Part shown: piece by piece, positions 11,401-25,196 of the stretch
How positions within the stretch are numbered: position 1 is the stretch's first letter
Layout: each line of letters starts with the position of its first letter
Source: Carpediemonas membranifera BICM
Lineage: Eukaryota > Protista > Fornicata
NCBI GenBank assembly: GCA_019828565.1
Contig: JAHDYR010000012.1
Location: 682,001 to 746,000 of the forward strand
Length of the DNA: 64,000 bases
Direction of reading: 5' to 3'
Program-made: the position numbers and the translations under genes
Notes under the pieces: model-generated
What the model saw: only the letters and a program-made list of their open reading frames with translations
The model's database searches: none
What the model was told of the DNA's origin: nothing

Positions 11401-14400
11401 CTCTCCCGGATCCTCCCCCGACGCGCCTGTAGTCAACGCTGTCGTCCAAGAGCCTCACTTCGACAAGTTCTCCGCCGTCCACAATGACGCGGTCGGACAC
11501 TTCGGCGTCGACGAGTGCATTCGCCGTGTCAAAGCCGCCAAGACCACGTGGCCTGGCATGTACAAAGACATCAGACGCTGGATCAAGGCCTGCCCCCACT
11601 GCCAGCTGCATGCCCCTGCCAGAGAGTGCCCCATCGCGTATCACCCATCCTCCTCGGACGCTCCTTTCCACAGAGTTCAGGTCGACACTCTTGGGCCCCT
11701 ACCCACCACGCCGTCGGGAAACTCCTACATCATCTCGATCGTGGACACCTTCTCCAGGTACATCAGACTGTTCCCAGCCACGTCCACTGACGCCCTCGCG
11801 GCCGCTCGCGCACTTTATGCTTACTGCGGTGCCTACGGCGTACCTCGCGAGATCCAGTCCGACAACGGCTCGCAGTTCACAGCGAAGCTAATAGATGAGC
11901 TTACATGCGCACTCTCGTTGAATCACCGCTTTTCCGCCCCTTACAGCCCACAGTCCAACGGCATTGTGGAAAGGTACAACTTCGAGATCGAAAAGATCAT
12001 CAAGCCCGCTACGATGCAACCCTGGGACGAACATCTGCCCTCTGTCGAGCTTATCCTCAATTCCAAGCAGGTTTCGTCCACCAAGGCCTCTCCTCTGGAC
12101 ATCCTCTTCCCATTCACCGAAGGGAAGGCCGATCCTTCGCGCCTAAAGGCCGCCCGCGAAGCCCTCGCTCGCTACGCCGCCAAGAAGGCTGCAATTCCCA
12201 CCAATGTGCCCCCCACGCACGAGCCCGGCTCTCTCGTACTCCTCCTTCGCCCGAAGTCCGCCAAGATCGAGGCAAACTGGCGCGGTCCGTTCAGATATCT
12301 GCGCCGCGGTGACCACACTGTGATCTTGTCGAGGTTAAAGGTTTCAAAACAAACTGTTTATAGGGTTCGCACGTGTAGTTGGTACCCTAAACTGCTCACA
12401 CTTCCCCTCTAAAGGTGCAGCTCCGGGTGAGCCTCGGCATAAATGTCGAGGGCTTCGAGGTCGCGGACCTCGTGGTACGGGAGCCACTCATCGGCGCCTG
12501 GGTAGCCATCCCAGGCGACGAGGAATTCGAGGGTAGACTTCGTGGGGCCACCGCGGTGGCGGGTGATGGCCTCGACTTCGTAGGTGTCGTCGTCAAGAGA
12601 GGCGACGGTGATGTCATCGAAGGCCAGGGAGTCGTCGTACTCCACGAGCCGGGAACCGTGATACTGGAAGGTGGCGCCGGCAGTGGGGTTGTGTACGGTG
12701 TAGATGTCGTGCTCGCGGTCAGTGATCGTGTATGGGCCAACGAGCTTAGTAGACAGCTTGGTGGGGCGCTTCGAAGGGCGCGTGACTAGCACCTTCGAGC
12801 CAATAGGAAGGGGCTCGTCGCCGAAAGCCGGACGTTTCGAGAGGACGTTCTCTTGGTGCTGGCGTGCTGTCTCAATGAGCTTGGGCTGGGCCTGGAGAAC
12901 ACGGCTAAAGAAGCGGCCGTATTCACTCTTCTCCTCCCTCAACGTGGGCGTCGGACGACAGGAAGGGGGTGACGTTCTGTGAAGCGAACATGAGCTGTGC
13001 GGGGGCAATGCCCGTGGTGGCACATATCGTGGTGTTCATGATCCGCTGGACGACTGGGAGGTAAAGGGACCAGTTGTTAACGTCGCGCAGCTCCTGAGTG
13101 ATGGTACGTAGGTGTCGTGAGAGCTCGGCGTTAGCTCTTTCGACGAGCCCGTTGGCTCTGGGGTGGTATGGAAGAGAGACAACGTGTTGGGCGCCGAAGA
13201 GCTTAATGAGCTGTTGGAAAGCGGTGGCAAGGTACTGAGAACCGCGATCACTTCGGAAAGAAGACGGAGTACCGTAGCGTCCCGTGACGGAGATAAGAGC
13301 GCGAAGGGCCTCTGCAGAAGAAGCATCCTTGCATGGGACCAGCTCTACGAAGCGTGTGAAGGTGTCAATGAAGGTGATAACGTAGCGGCATCCGTTGGAG
13401 TCTGCAGGATAAGGCCCGACCGTATCAAACGCCCAGCAGGAGCGTGGGGTGACGCCCATGGTAGGGCGGAGGCCTGTCTGAAGGCGCTTGGGAAGTCTGG
13501 CGTTCTTCTGACATATCGGGCAAGCCTTGATATACTCGGCGACAGCGTTGCTCATTCCACGGAAGTCAAGGTTTCGTTCCTTAAGGAGGCGGAGTGTAGC
13601 CTCTCGGCCGAGGTGTCCCTCGACGGCATTGTGGACAGAGGCTATGATAAGTCGCTGGAGTGTAGGGGCATTCTCGGGGGTTGGACGATGAAGCACCTGG
13701 ATATGCCATCAGTGAGGGTGTTGGAGACGCCAGAGATGTGTTCAACGACAAAGTCGAACTCTTGGAGTCTGAGGTTCCAGCGGACGACCTTGGGTGTGGT
13801 AGAACGGCGCATATAAACTAGGTTACGGTGGTCTGTCTGTATGGCGAACGAGTGGCCGAGGAGATAGGGGAGTACTTCTCGACAACAGCGAAGAAGATGC
13901 CGAAGGCTTCCTTTTCGATGACAGCCCAGTTGCGCTCTGCGGTGGTGAATGCGTGGCTACAGTAGGAGACTACGTGTTCAACGCCATCCTTGACGTTGAG
14001 GAGCACGCCTCCACAGCCAATGTCGCTAGCATCGGTGCGAACGATAATTGGGGCAGAGTAGTCCAGGAAGGCTAAACACGGCGTGTGGGCGGCGAGGTTC
14101 TTGCTCTCTTCGAAAGCAGTCTGGGCCTCCTTTGTCCATTTCCACCGGACCTTCCCAGAGGTGAGGGCGTATAGTGGCTGTAGGATCGAGCTGAGGTTGG
14201 GGATGAACCTACGGAAATAATTCATCGCTCCACAGAAGGCCCGCGTGGTCTTGATGTCCTTAGGAGGAGCCATGGCCTGAACGGCCTTGACCCGGGCGGG
14301 GGACATGCGGATTCCCTCGGGGGAGATGATATGGCCGAGGTATTCCACCTGCTCAGCGTACAGACAGCACTTGCTGGGATGAAGGACGAAGCGATGTTCC

Positions 14401-17400
14401 TTGAGAACGGCAAGGATCTCAGCTAGGCGTGTAGCTAGTTCGTCCGTGGTTGATGCGTGAATGATGATGTCGTCTATGAAGACCTCGCACGTAGTTCCGA
14501 CAAACTTGGAGAGCAATTGGGTCATGATGGCCTGGAAGGTAGCAGGAGCCGTTTTGACGCCAAATGGAACGCGCGTATACTCATAAAGGCCGGTTGGAGT
14601 TGAAAACGCGGTTATCGGAATGGAACGTTCGGACAGTGGGATCTGGTGGTATCCACTAACGAGATCTAACGTCGCAAAGCAACGTTGGCCTGCGAGATGC
14701 GACATCAGCTCTTCTTGGTGTGCAAGTGGGAAACTGACTTGCTTGATGCGATCATTCGCCTGACGGTAGTCCACGACGAGGCGGCGGGCACCGCCCTTTT
14801 TGGGGACAGTAAAGACGGGTGCAGCCCAGGGAGAGCGTGAGGGGCGGACGATTCCTTGAGCAAGGAGCTCGTTCACCTGGTCATCAACCTCCTGCTGGAT
14901 TGCAGGGGATAGACGACGCGGCGGTTGAGCAGCCGGTGTGGCGCCCTCAAGCAGCTCTATCTCCATAGGGGGAACGTCTGCTCCGTCTGGGTGGGGACGG
15001 CTGGTGAAGACTTCGGCATACTCATCATAGACGGCTCTGATGGCTGGCGGGAGGGCAGACGCGGTTGAACCTACGTCAGGGAGCTGCTCTCCTTCATCTA
15101 GGCGAGTGACGGGTGCGTGATCCTCATCGATCGTCTCCCTCATCGGCCGTTGGGGGCCAAGGAGAGGGAGAGATCTTGGATAGTGGAGTTTGAGAGGATC
15201 AGATCCTCCGAAATAGAGGGGAGGATGTAGAATGGCCGAATGGAGCGAACGCCATCAATGAGCATGGCAAGGAACACAGCTCTCTTGATGAAAACTGGAC
15301 CGTTCGCGGTATCCAAACGAACGTTAGCGACGGCTGGAAGAGCGCCACGTTGGATAAATGATTCGGCTATCGTGGGGGAGATGAGGTCAATAGTTGCACC
15401 AGTATCAAGTACTGCACAGACCTCTGTGGCAGTACTCTCGTTGATGGGAACATAGAGAGTGGCTTGGCGACAAATGAGGCCGTCGTGATCAGTGGCGGCC
15501 AGATTCGCCTTTTCGCGCTTGACTGGCGGACCCTGGATGGGAGTCTTGCGCACGCCAGAGCGGAAGAAATCTCTGTGTCCTTGATAGGGACAGTTGGGGC
15601 GGATGTGGCCCGTGTGGCCACAGCCGTGGCAGGGGCAGACGATCGTTGGGGTAGTCTAGCCCCAGCGGCGGCGCCGGGAGTCGGGCGCTTACCAGCTGGC
15701 TGGGCCGGTTCCGGCTGCAGGAGCGACTGGAGGTTAAGGAGTTCCTCCAGTTCATCAATGGCGTGGTCCTGCGCCTCTGCGACGTCATCTGGCTGCTCCA
15801 TGCGGATACGCTCCGCAAGAGGATCTGGAAGTGCCTGCAGGTATGCCTTCACCATTAGCTTCTCTGGTGGTGTGACGTCGGCTGTGAACGAGCTCCGGAT
15901 AGTTTCGAAGCGTTCGATATGGTTGAGAAGCTGTGCAGGCGTTGGTAAGGGGCCCGTTCGGGCGCACCGCAGCGACTTCAGCTTGGCTAGTGCTTGAACG
16001 TTACTGCGGGGGGCTATAGAATGTTTGGTAGACTGTGTCCAAGACAGTATCCGCCGGAAGATCGGCCGGATTGTCGTTGAGACGGCGTGTGATGAGAAGA
16101 AGAGGCGTAGGATCCATCAGGGCAGTCGGATGGAGAAGAGGATCGTCAAGGCGTTGAGCTCGGTACGCACGGTAGGACGATCGGAACTTGGTGAACGCCT
16201 GTTCTTCTAGTGTTAGTAAGAAAGGTCTTGGTATGTAGTCGGACATTAGATGAGTGTACACTGTGATCTTGTCGAGGTTAAAGGTTTCAAAACAAACTGT
16301 TTATAGGGTTCGCACGTGTAGTTGGTACCCTAAACTGCTCACAACACGTCGTCGTCGATCATCCAACACATCACGACCGATAAGACCATGGAAGTTTCCG
16401 ACCGCCGCATCAAGGCCTGGACTGGCTCCACGGACCTCGACGAGCTCAAGACCCTAGTCGCCGAGCAAGAGGGGGAGTACGCCGTAGACCACATCGTCTC
16501 GGCCCGTCGTCCAGCCAGATCGAAGACCATATACCTCCTAGTCCACTGGGCCGGGTGCGAGTCAGCAGAGGATTCGGAGGTCACGCTCAACGCTGAGACA
16601 GCCCAGATGGCCGCTCTCGACGACTTTCTCAACGTCAGCCCTTCATGGAGACAGCCAGTCGAGGCCGCCTGCCGCCGCAATGGCTGGCAACTCTAAGCTA
16701 CTGTCAAGGCAGGACATTGGTTCAGCGTCCTGCCCAAACAAATAAACGATCCGTGCTAGTACAAGTTGTCTCTACTCTCCCACCCGTCAGAGCCTTGAGG
16801 GAAGGTGTGCCCGGCCAAGATGTCCGCCCGTGTCCTGCTGCAGGACCCGCTGTGCGCCTGTCGCCAGGCGGAAATGAGCTTTGACCGCTCTTGAAGGTCT
16901 CGGGCTCCGCCTCTGGGGAGGTAGTGTGGCAGTGTGCCAATCAAATATTTTATTTGATTGGCGATTCGATCCGCCATTCCGGTCGACACTGTTGTGTCGA
17001 CTTCTCTTTGACTAAAGCACCAAGTTGTTTTTCCGTCCTCTCGAGCACAACAGGGGCTGACGGGCTCGATGAGCCGTCGGTGGATGAGGTGGCAGGCCCT
17101 CGGGGCCAGCAGGGAGGTGGTGCAGCTGTTACGAGAGGGAGTGAAGGTCACCCCGGCAGCACCGGCGCTCAATGCGCACCTCCAGAAGGAGACAGACACG
17201 ATGAAGGCTCTACTAGAGGAGCTACTGCAACAGAAAGCAATAGAGAAGGGCGAGGCGACGACAATATGCCCCCTGTTCACATTAGAGAAGAAGATCGCAG
17301 GCAGCTACCGTCTGATACACGACCTGAGACCGGTCAATGCATACCAAGAGGACCTAACATTCAGGCTGAAGGGCCTAGCAGAGATACAGCATGGAGTTCC

Positions 17401-20400
17401 GAGAAACTCGTGGGGAATAACATTGGATATGAAGTCCGGGTACTACCAGCTCCTAGTGGAGGAGAACTCACGACAGGAACTCGGATTCTCGTTCGAGGGA
17501 GAACAATACAGATGGAGAGGACTCCCTTTCGGCCTCTCAACGGCGCCACGGCAGTTTCAGTCGGTTACGTCACAGATGGCGAAGATCCTGCGCTCACTTC
17601 TCGAAGGACTGATAATATACGTGTATCTGGACGATCTGCTCATAATCAGTCGCTCGAGAGAGTCGTTGAACGCCCAGGTCCCACGGATCTTAGAGATCTT
17701 GGACTCACTTGGAGTCGTCCTATCGAGAGAGAAGTGCCACTTGACCCCGTCCCAGAGGGTAACTTACTTGGGCGTGATAGTCGACTTGCGCGAGATGACG
17801 ATGTCGCTGCCAGAGGAGAAGAGGGCTCAATACAGCAGACTCATAGCCAACCTGCAACTCAAGAGACACACAAAGCGGGACCTTCAGACCCTTCACGGAA
17901 AGCTCCTCTTCTGCCGGTTCGCACTGGGGACGCGGGCACTTGTCCGGCTCAGAGAGCTGCAGGTCAGGATCGCTGGCTGCGACGACCGAGTGCGGTACCC
18001 AAAGTCCAGCCTGCCCCAGGACCTACGAACGGATCTGCGGTGGTGGGCCAGACAGCTATCATCCGACCCGGCATGGTACTTCGGCCCAAGAGGCCAGGTA
18101 CTTCGTATGGAGACCGACGCGTCGGACTATGCGTTCGGTGCGACGCTGTTTGTCGAAGACACGTCCCTCAACATCCAGGGCAGTGTGCCCTTAACCTGCG
18201 GAATTCGTAAAACAGTCTTTATCATATTTCTGGGCCCTAGCACGGCACAGTATCGATACTGCCGATTCAAATGAAGACTCTTACAATTGACACCCCGTTC
18301 GCCGTCGAGAGAGCACTCCAGGAGTACCTCTCGGCGATGCCCCACGAGAAGAATCCAATTTCGTTCTTTAGGGCATTGTCCCCCGAGACAACAGAAAAAC
18401 TTCGCGCCCAGTGGCGCCCAACCACTCTTTTTGACACTTTCGAGGACCTACAACGAACCGTTCTGTCCGATTCCGATGCTCGCCGCGCGGCGAACACAAG
18501 CTCTGCCAGTACTGCGGCACGAGCCCGTACAACGAAGACCGACAACCTCACCGCCATCTGGGTAGAGGAGGTACAGAAGACCATAAGAAAAGCCACGTTC
18601 GCCGCCTGTAGCGAGTGTGCAGCTAAGCACAAGGACCCCACCCTGACAGCAATGACCCGGGAGTGCCTTGAAGCTCAACATCCCCAGATACTGACTGACT
18701 GCGGCAAGAAGGCCCGCGACTTCTTCACCCAGCTGACCGACGACCACGACATCGCAAACGTCGAGACAGTCGCACGGCCTGGCAACCTGACCGGCCCGGA
18801 CGGCGAAGACGTCTCGGTGGCGTTCGTGTACATGCCCCCAGTGCCCGAGGAGACCAAGCCCGCCCCCTCCTCGGCGGCTTGGCCAGTCTTCGATGGCGGG
18901 GACGTCTACGCTTTCCTCGCCAAGGAGGCGACCTCCATCGCCCCCTACCTCGCATATACCCTCTTGACTAGTACGGACCCGGGCGCAAGAGCCAAGCTCC
19001 TCAAGGCAAAGCTCGACAACATCACGCTATACGGTCCGGAGCCCCGGCACCGAACGGCCGTCGAGAAGGCACGTAAGCTCATAAGCGCCCTCAACCCAGA
19101 CATCAAGGACGTCCCCACCATCTCCGCAAAACTGCTCGAGCGGATCATTCGGGACTTCGCCACTAGAGGTTTCTCCAAAGAAGCCGAGGATGTATACGAA
19201 GAAGAGATTGAGGACTACTCCGACAAGATCAGCGAACTTCTCGACAAACTACGCGACTTGGATGTTGATCACGACGAGAACATCATTATCCCATGGCGTG
19301 CCTTCAGACTCGCCAGCCCACAAGCCGACAACAACGAGCAGGCGTCGGGCACTTCAGGCAGGAAGCCGCTCGCTCGCAGGCTCGATGGTCGCGATCCGTT
19401 CCAGCAGTTCAGGGACAAGACCAAGTTCCGCATGCCTCCTTCCCACACGAGATACTGCACACAGCATGGCTGGAACCCGCACCACGAGACGAAGGACTGC
19501 AGGTTCCTCATCAGACGGGAGGCTTACAAGGCCCAAGAACGCCAGCCACAGACCGAGAAGCGTCAGGAACGCAGACCCGAAGAGCGGCAAAAGCAGCCCG
19601 GCAACCGCGCACGCCCTGTGGCGCCCACCAGTCACCAACAGTCGGATCGCCGGGCCGGCCGCATGGACCTCCGCCCCTCGTCTACCCTGAAGAACCCCCG
19701 CCGAGTCGATGAGGTGTTTGACGCGGATGAAGCGTCTCATTCGGAGTTGGAGAACGAAGTCTACGAGATCGAGGACATCATACTCGACAAGGACCCGGTG
19801 AAGGTCCCGGCTGTTATCAACGGCCAGCACATGAACGTCAAGTTCGACATCGGCGCTTGCACGTCGGTCATATCAGCCCCTGCCCTCGCAGCGATCCCCG
19901 ACGTGACCCTGATACCGACCTCAGTCGAACTTCTCGGCGCTGGGGACGAGATCATCTCCACTGGCAAAGCCGCCAAGGTCTCGCTGACCCTCCCCAGTGT
20001 CGACGGAAAGACCGTGACCACCACTGCATTGCTCATGGTCACGAAGGGCCAGAGGAAGAAGGTCCTCATTGGACGCGATTTGCTCCGCCGCCTCGGCTTC
20101 CTGCTGAACGACCGGCTACTAATACCGTCCGCTGACCCGATCGATGACGACGACGGCCTGGGACAGCACCCCTACCTCGACTCGACAACAGAAGAAGTCG
20201 ACCCCGAGGAAGAGTGGCGCAAGGTTAAGCTGCCGACCGAAGAGAACCCGGAGCTGGCTGCCTGGCTGACCGACTTCCTTCGCGAGCGCAAGGCCGTGTT
20301 TGGCCCTCTACCTCCGGATGGCAGCAGGATGCCGCCACACGAGATCGTCGTCGATCCAAGCCGCCCTACACCCAGGGCCCGACCCAGGCCGTTGAAGGGT

Positions 20401-23400
20401 GACCCGGGAAACTCAGCCCTCGCGGAGATCGACAAGATGCTCAACCAGGGCGTGATCCGAGAGAGTCAAAGTCCGCACTCTAGCCCGCACGTCATGGCAA
20501 AGAAGAAGAGCGGCGAAGACCGCTTCTGCATCGCTTACAACGTCTTGAACAACGCCACCATCGACGACCTGTACCCCACGCCGGACATCCGATCGTTTGT
20601 ACACGAGGCGAGCGGATGCTCCGTGTTCGCGGCGCTCGACCTGCGCAGCGGATACTGGCAGCAGAACATGGCAACCGATAGCATCCCGCTCACCGCATTC
20701 ACCGTCCCGGGCGGGCATTACGAGTTCTTACGTACACCATTCGGGCTGAAGAACGCCCCAGCAAAGTTCCAGCGAGCCATGGACGAGATGCTCGCTGGTA
20801 TCGACGGTTCGAGAGCCTATATCGACGATATCTTTGCGTACGCCCGCTCCATTCAGGATTTCAAGTCGACCCTCACCCAGATCTTCGACCAGTTGGAAGC
20901 TTACGATATCAAACTCCGCGCCGACAAGTGTGCCATTGGCATGAAGGAGGTTGAAGTCTGTGGGTTTATAGTCAACGAGTCTGGCAGGTCGGTTTCCCCT
21001 CACGTATCGCAGCCATCCAGGACCTCACACCCCCAACGACGACAACGGAGCTGCGCCGCACGCTAGGCAAGTTCAACTATCTGTCAAACTATATCCCACA
21101 CCTCGCCCACGCATCAGCCCCGCTCAACGCCCTCCTAAAGGGATCGCCGCAGAAGTCGGCCCCCCTCGATTGGACTGCCACTGAGGACGAAGCATTCGCC
21201 CGTATGAAGACCCTAGTAGCCGAGCACACCGCCCTCGCGCTCCCAGACCTGAGTGCAAAGTGGAATCTCGAGACCGACGCATCGTCGACCGCCATCGGTG
21301 GTGTACTGTGGCAGGGCGAGGGTGACGAGAAGGTCCCACTCGCCTTCTACAGCAAGACCCTCGACGAGACCCAGCAACGGTGGTCCACGGTGGAACAGGA
21401 GCTTTTCGCCATTGTCTATTGTGTAACGCGACCAGAGTTTTCCCCCCTCTTCAAGCTGAAGCCGTTCGAGCTTCGCACGGACCATCGTAATCTGATATGG
21501 CTACTCAGGAAGACAGACGAGGACGGCACTAAGAAACTGACACGATGGCGACTCACCATGACAGAGTATCCGTATAACGTCACACACATAGCTGGAGCGC
21601 AGAACCTCGTAGCCGACGCACTGTCGCGGCCATCATCTCAGCGCAAGAACGAGGTGCGCCGCTCGATCGACCACGTCACCACGACGCGCCAAGAGCAGAT
21701 CACCAGGGCGCACGCCGGTGCACAGGGCCACGTCGGCCCAGACCAGACCATCGCCAATCTGAAGCAGTCCGGTGTCACGTGGCCAGGCATGTCGGATGAC
21801 GTCCGCGCGACCTTACGCCAGTGTCCAATCTGTCGCAAGACAAAGCCAGCCCGCAAGGAGCCGATCAAGTGGCACTCTACTCAGCGCATCCGCCCATTCG
21901 AGACGGTGCAGGTGGACACCATTGGCCCTTTGCCCGAGAGAGACGGTCTCAAGTACGTCATCACGGTGGTGGACGTGTTCTCGAAGTTCACCATATTGAA
22001 GCCCACACGGTCAACGAGCGCAGCCGAGGCAGCAGCCGCATTGCTGGAGATCTGGGCGACTTTCGGCGTCCCGGCCGAGCTCCAGTCTGACCAAGGTACA
22101 CAGTTCAGGAATGCCCTAGTCGAGGAGATGAACGAGCGACTGAGCCTCAAGCACCGGTTCAGTACGGCATATCATCCGGCCAGCAACGGCGTAGTCGAAC
22201 GCCTGAATGGTACCGTCATGAGACGCTTAAGAGCGCTCCTGCTGGACGCCCGCGACGACAACTGGCCCGCATACCTGCCCATCGCCCAGCACGTTATCAA
22301 CGCCACCCGCCACTCCACCACAGGCCTCAGCCCCTTCGAACTATTGTTCGGACGCAAGTCAACCATGCTGCGCGTCGCGCCCGACGCCCTGACCAACGCA
22401 ACCCAGATGCTCGAGCCGGGCTCAGTCGAAGCCGACGACATCGTCCGCTTCCAGGCCCACGTCACGTCGCTCCAACAACTTGCCGCGATCAAGGTCAAAG
22501 CCTACGAGGTAAACAAGGCTGCAGGCTCCTCGGACAGCACACGGGCCTGGGAGAACGAAACCTACGTCCTGCTGAGATACCCGGGCAAGCCGCCGACCAA
22601 GCTACTCCCGCCTCTGCGCGGACCGCTCCGCATGGAGGGGAAGGGCGATCACCCCAACACCTACAAGGTGATGGATCTCGTGTCGAAGTGCGTCGCCACA
22701 GTCCACGCAGACCGACTCGTCACATTCCACGCCGACGGCCTCACGGAGAAGGAGCTCGAGGAAATTGCCGCCTACGAGCAAGATGAACAACCCGTGGAGG
22801 CAGTCGTAGGCCACCGTAAGAAGAAGAACGGCTCTCTGGAGCTACTGATCCGTTGGGAAGGCCTCACCCCCGACGAGGACTCATACATCCCCTATAATCG
22901 CTACTACGACCAGCTCGAGGCTATCGACAGTTATCTCGAGCTCAATCCTGGTCTCAAGCCGATGTTTGAGAGTGCTAAGAAGAAGTTCCGCAGGAGCGGT
23001 CGCCGTTAGTCGTGCGACACGCATTGGGAGGGAAGTGTGCCCTTAACCTGCGGAATTCGTAAAACAGTCTTTATCATATTTCTGGGCCCTAGCACGGCAC
23101 AGCAGGTTCTCAGAGGCACAATGCTCCAAGAGCATCAACGCGAAGGAGCTATGGGCAATGGAGGAAGGCCTGCGGAGATGGACGAGCGACATTCAGGAGA
23201 GGGACCTACTCATAGCCGGGGACAACACATCAGCGCTTTCATGGGTCCTGAAGTCAAGCACCAGAGCTCCCCGACACATCAGAAGGACGATTGTGGAGCT
23301 TCACGACTACTTGTTCGAGATTGGCTGCAGGATAAGAACCAAGCACATTCCAGGGAGATACAACACGACTGCCGACGGGCTGTCCAGGTACCGGAAGCTG

Positions 23401-24992
23401 GACTGGAACTCACCCGCGGCGATGCTCCAGAGCGCGCTGGAACGATGGGGGTCAGTAGACCGATCACTCTTCTGCGCGGAGAGATTCCTGCCGGAGGACC
23501 ACGACTTCCAGACGGACGCATTTACATGCAATTGGTCAGAGATGAGGTCATTGGCGGTCCCACCAGTCAGCCTACTGGACAATGTCATCGCCAGGGCGGA
23601 GGAGATCGCCACGTCAGACGAGACGCACCCCGCACTGCAGCAGAGAGGCCTATTAGTCATCGCACCACAACGCAGGACGAACTCCAATGCCAGACTGGCA
23701 GCCATAGCACAGGACTGGTTCGAGGCAGCGTTCCCGATCAGCTGGTGGGCCCACACGGAGATAGAGAGCCTCTTCACAGGCAAGCAGAGAGCGACGTTCA
23801 TAGCCTACTGGATCCCGATCGCCACAGAGACCTCGTCCTCACAGCCGGGGGAGTCCTGCAACAGAGAGCGAGAGAACGTATCGCCGGCGGAAGACAGGAG
23901 GAGCACAGGTGGCGAAGAGGCCCCAGAGAGTTCGAGACAGGCCTCAGAGATCAGATACTCGGAGCAGCACTCATCAGGGATCGGGAGCGGAGCACCCGAG
24001 AGCGCATAGCCGTGGAGACGGCAAAGTACATCAGTTTTGCAGAACGTATGATGGAGGAAGAGGAGGAAGCTGGAGAGAACAGAGACACGGTAGGAGCAAG
24101 GGCAGCAACAGCCGTTTTCCTGGGCGAGATGGCACAACGCATTAGGGACGCAGACTGGAGAGCAGAAGTCGAAGAGATCGCACAGATGACACCTGACGAC
24201 GACTATCTCCTACACTACATGATACAAGAGATCCCATTCATTGCCAAGGACACATTCCTCGTCAAGGAAGCAAATATCAGGACTGGCCTAGAGTCGATCA
24301 ACCATGGTCTGGAGAGCTCACCCATCCACAGGGCTCTGATACGCGCGTGTGCAAGAATGGCCGGCAAATGCGAGCTGACTGTGGGTCGTAAGACCGGAAA
24401 GGCATACCCGGTGACAGTCGAGCAGCTGAAGAGAGCAGCAGCCGCGGCGCGCAAGACCAAGTCACCGGCGCTCACGCAGGCAGTAGCCTTCGGACTGACG
24501 TGCTTCTCCACCGTCAGCAGATCAGGGGAGATAATGAGCTTACTCACGACCGACGTTCGGCGGGTGAGAGAGGGCTACGAGATCACTATTCGAAGATCCA
24601 AGACCAGGGATGAGCCCATGGTGAAGCTGGTCCCACTACTAGCAGCAGGAGGCTTAAGCCCAGCCAGGTGGCTGAGAGCACACCTCAACGACATCCAGAC
24701 GGAAGGACCCCTGTGGAGATCCATACAGCACACCGAGAGCCTGCTGAGAGACAACTGCCTTCCACTGACAGCAACAAGGTGGCGCAGATGGGAGATGATC
24801 ATGGACGTCAACGAGGTCTTCAAGGCAACAGGACACAGCTTCAGACGTGGAGCCGTCGTCCACATGATCGATGAGGGGCGTTCCCCATTGGTTATTCAGG
24901 CACTAGGAGGCTGGAAGTCGATCGATTCGGTGAATAGATACTGTGAAGAGGCCATTCGAATCTCACAGCATGCTCTGCAGAGAAGAACATAG
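8392..24992 (+). CDS. D1 tyrosine recombinase ORF overlapping the RT ORF in another frame: join(8392-8560,17054-18183,23106-24992); catalytic domain at about 24.4-24.99 kb; true start codon uncertain
   Basis: Catalytic residues SRSGE (R), SKT (K), HSFRRG (HxxR), GGW, NRY (Y). The frame is stop-free across both reconstructed junctions. Confidence 0.82.
8462..24009 (+). CDS. D1 RT-RNase H-methyltransferase-like ORF, split by G2 and G4: join(8462-8560,17054-18183,23106-24009), 711 codons
   Basis: Removing each element plus one TSD restores one frame. Motifs: LDMKSGYYQ, LPFGL, YLDD, ETDAS, INAKEL, GDN, HIPGRYNTTADGLSR, DAF..W….AVPP. Confidence 0.85.
8704..16696 (+). CDS. G2 gag-pol polyprotein: 8704-12318 plus 16348-16696, with apparent frameshifts at ~10125, ~11100 and ~11418
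   Basis: Consecutive ORFs at 8704, 10128, 11095 and 11255. The integrase resumes in frame (GDHTSSSIIQH…) after G3 is removed. Confidence 0.85.
12319..16343 (-). mobile_element. Gypsy chromodomain element G3 with identical 82-bp LTRs (12319-12400, 16262-16343) and TSD ACAC, inserted in the G2 integrase
   Basis: VLDTGA; LDLVSGYHQ…FIDD; RNase H TDAS; integrase; chromodomain YEVEAI…FLVAWDGY…EWLP; PPT adjacent to 12401; several frameshifts; gag ATG at 16246. Confidence 0.96.
18184..23101 (+). mobile_element. Gypsy chromodomain element G4 with identical 66-bp LTRs (18184-18249, 23036-23101) and TSD GCAG, inserted in D1 RNase H
   Basis: ORFs 18271-21066 and 21204-23009 (frameshift ~21000); CTQHGWNPHHETKDC knuckle; YIDD; RNase H; integrase; chromodomain; PPT gggagggaag 23026-23035. 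Confidence 0.96.
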
Positions 24993-25196
24993 AAATATAG
25001 GACATAAGAGAGCATTGTAGCGATAAAGGGAGATGAAACGGAACGAGGGGAGAAGAAACAGGCAAGAGCTAGAGAAATGGATGTTTTTTCGGATTCGGAA
25101 CAGGAATTACATATGCCACGTATAACCGGCACAGAAGGTCATAAGTGCAGTAGAGGAAGGCCCAGGGTACCATCGCAAGGTTAGATGGCGGGATGC

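Larger units (their letters stand above)
8561..17049 (+). mobile_element. Gypsy chromodomain element G2 with identical 125-bp LTRs (8561-8685, 16925-17049) and TSD ACAG; contains G3
   Basis: Gag with CCHC knuckle CRHCQGNHFDRDC; IIDTGA; YLDD; RNase H; integrase H-H-C-C and D-D-E; chromodomain 16.46-16.69 kb; PPT ggggaggtag 16915-16924; TSD at 8557-8560 and 17050-17053. Confidence 0.96.
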
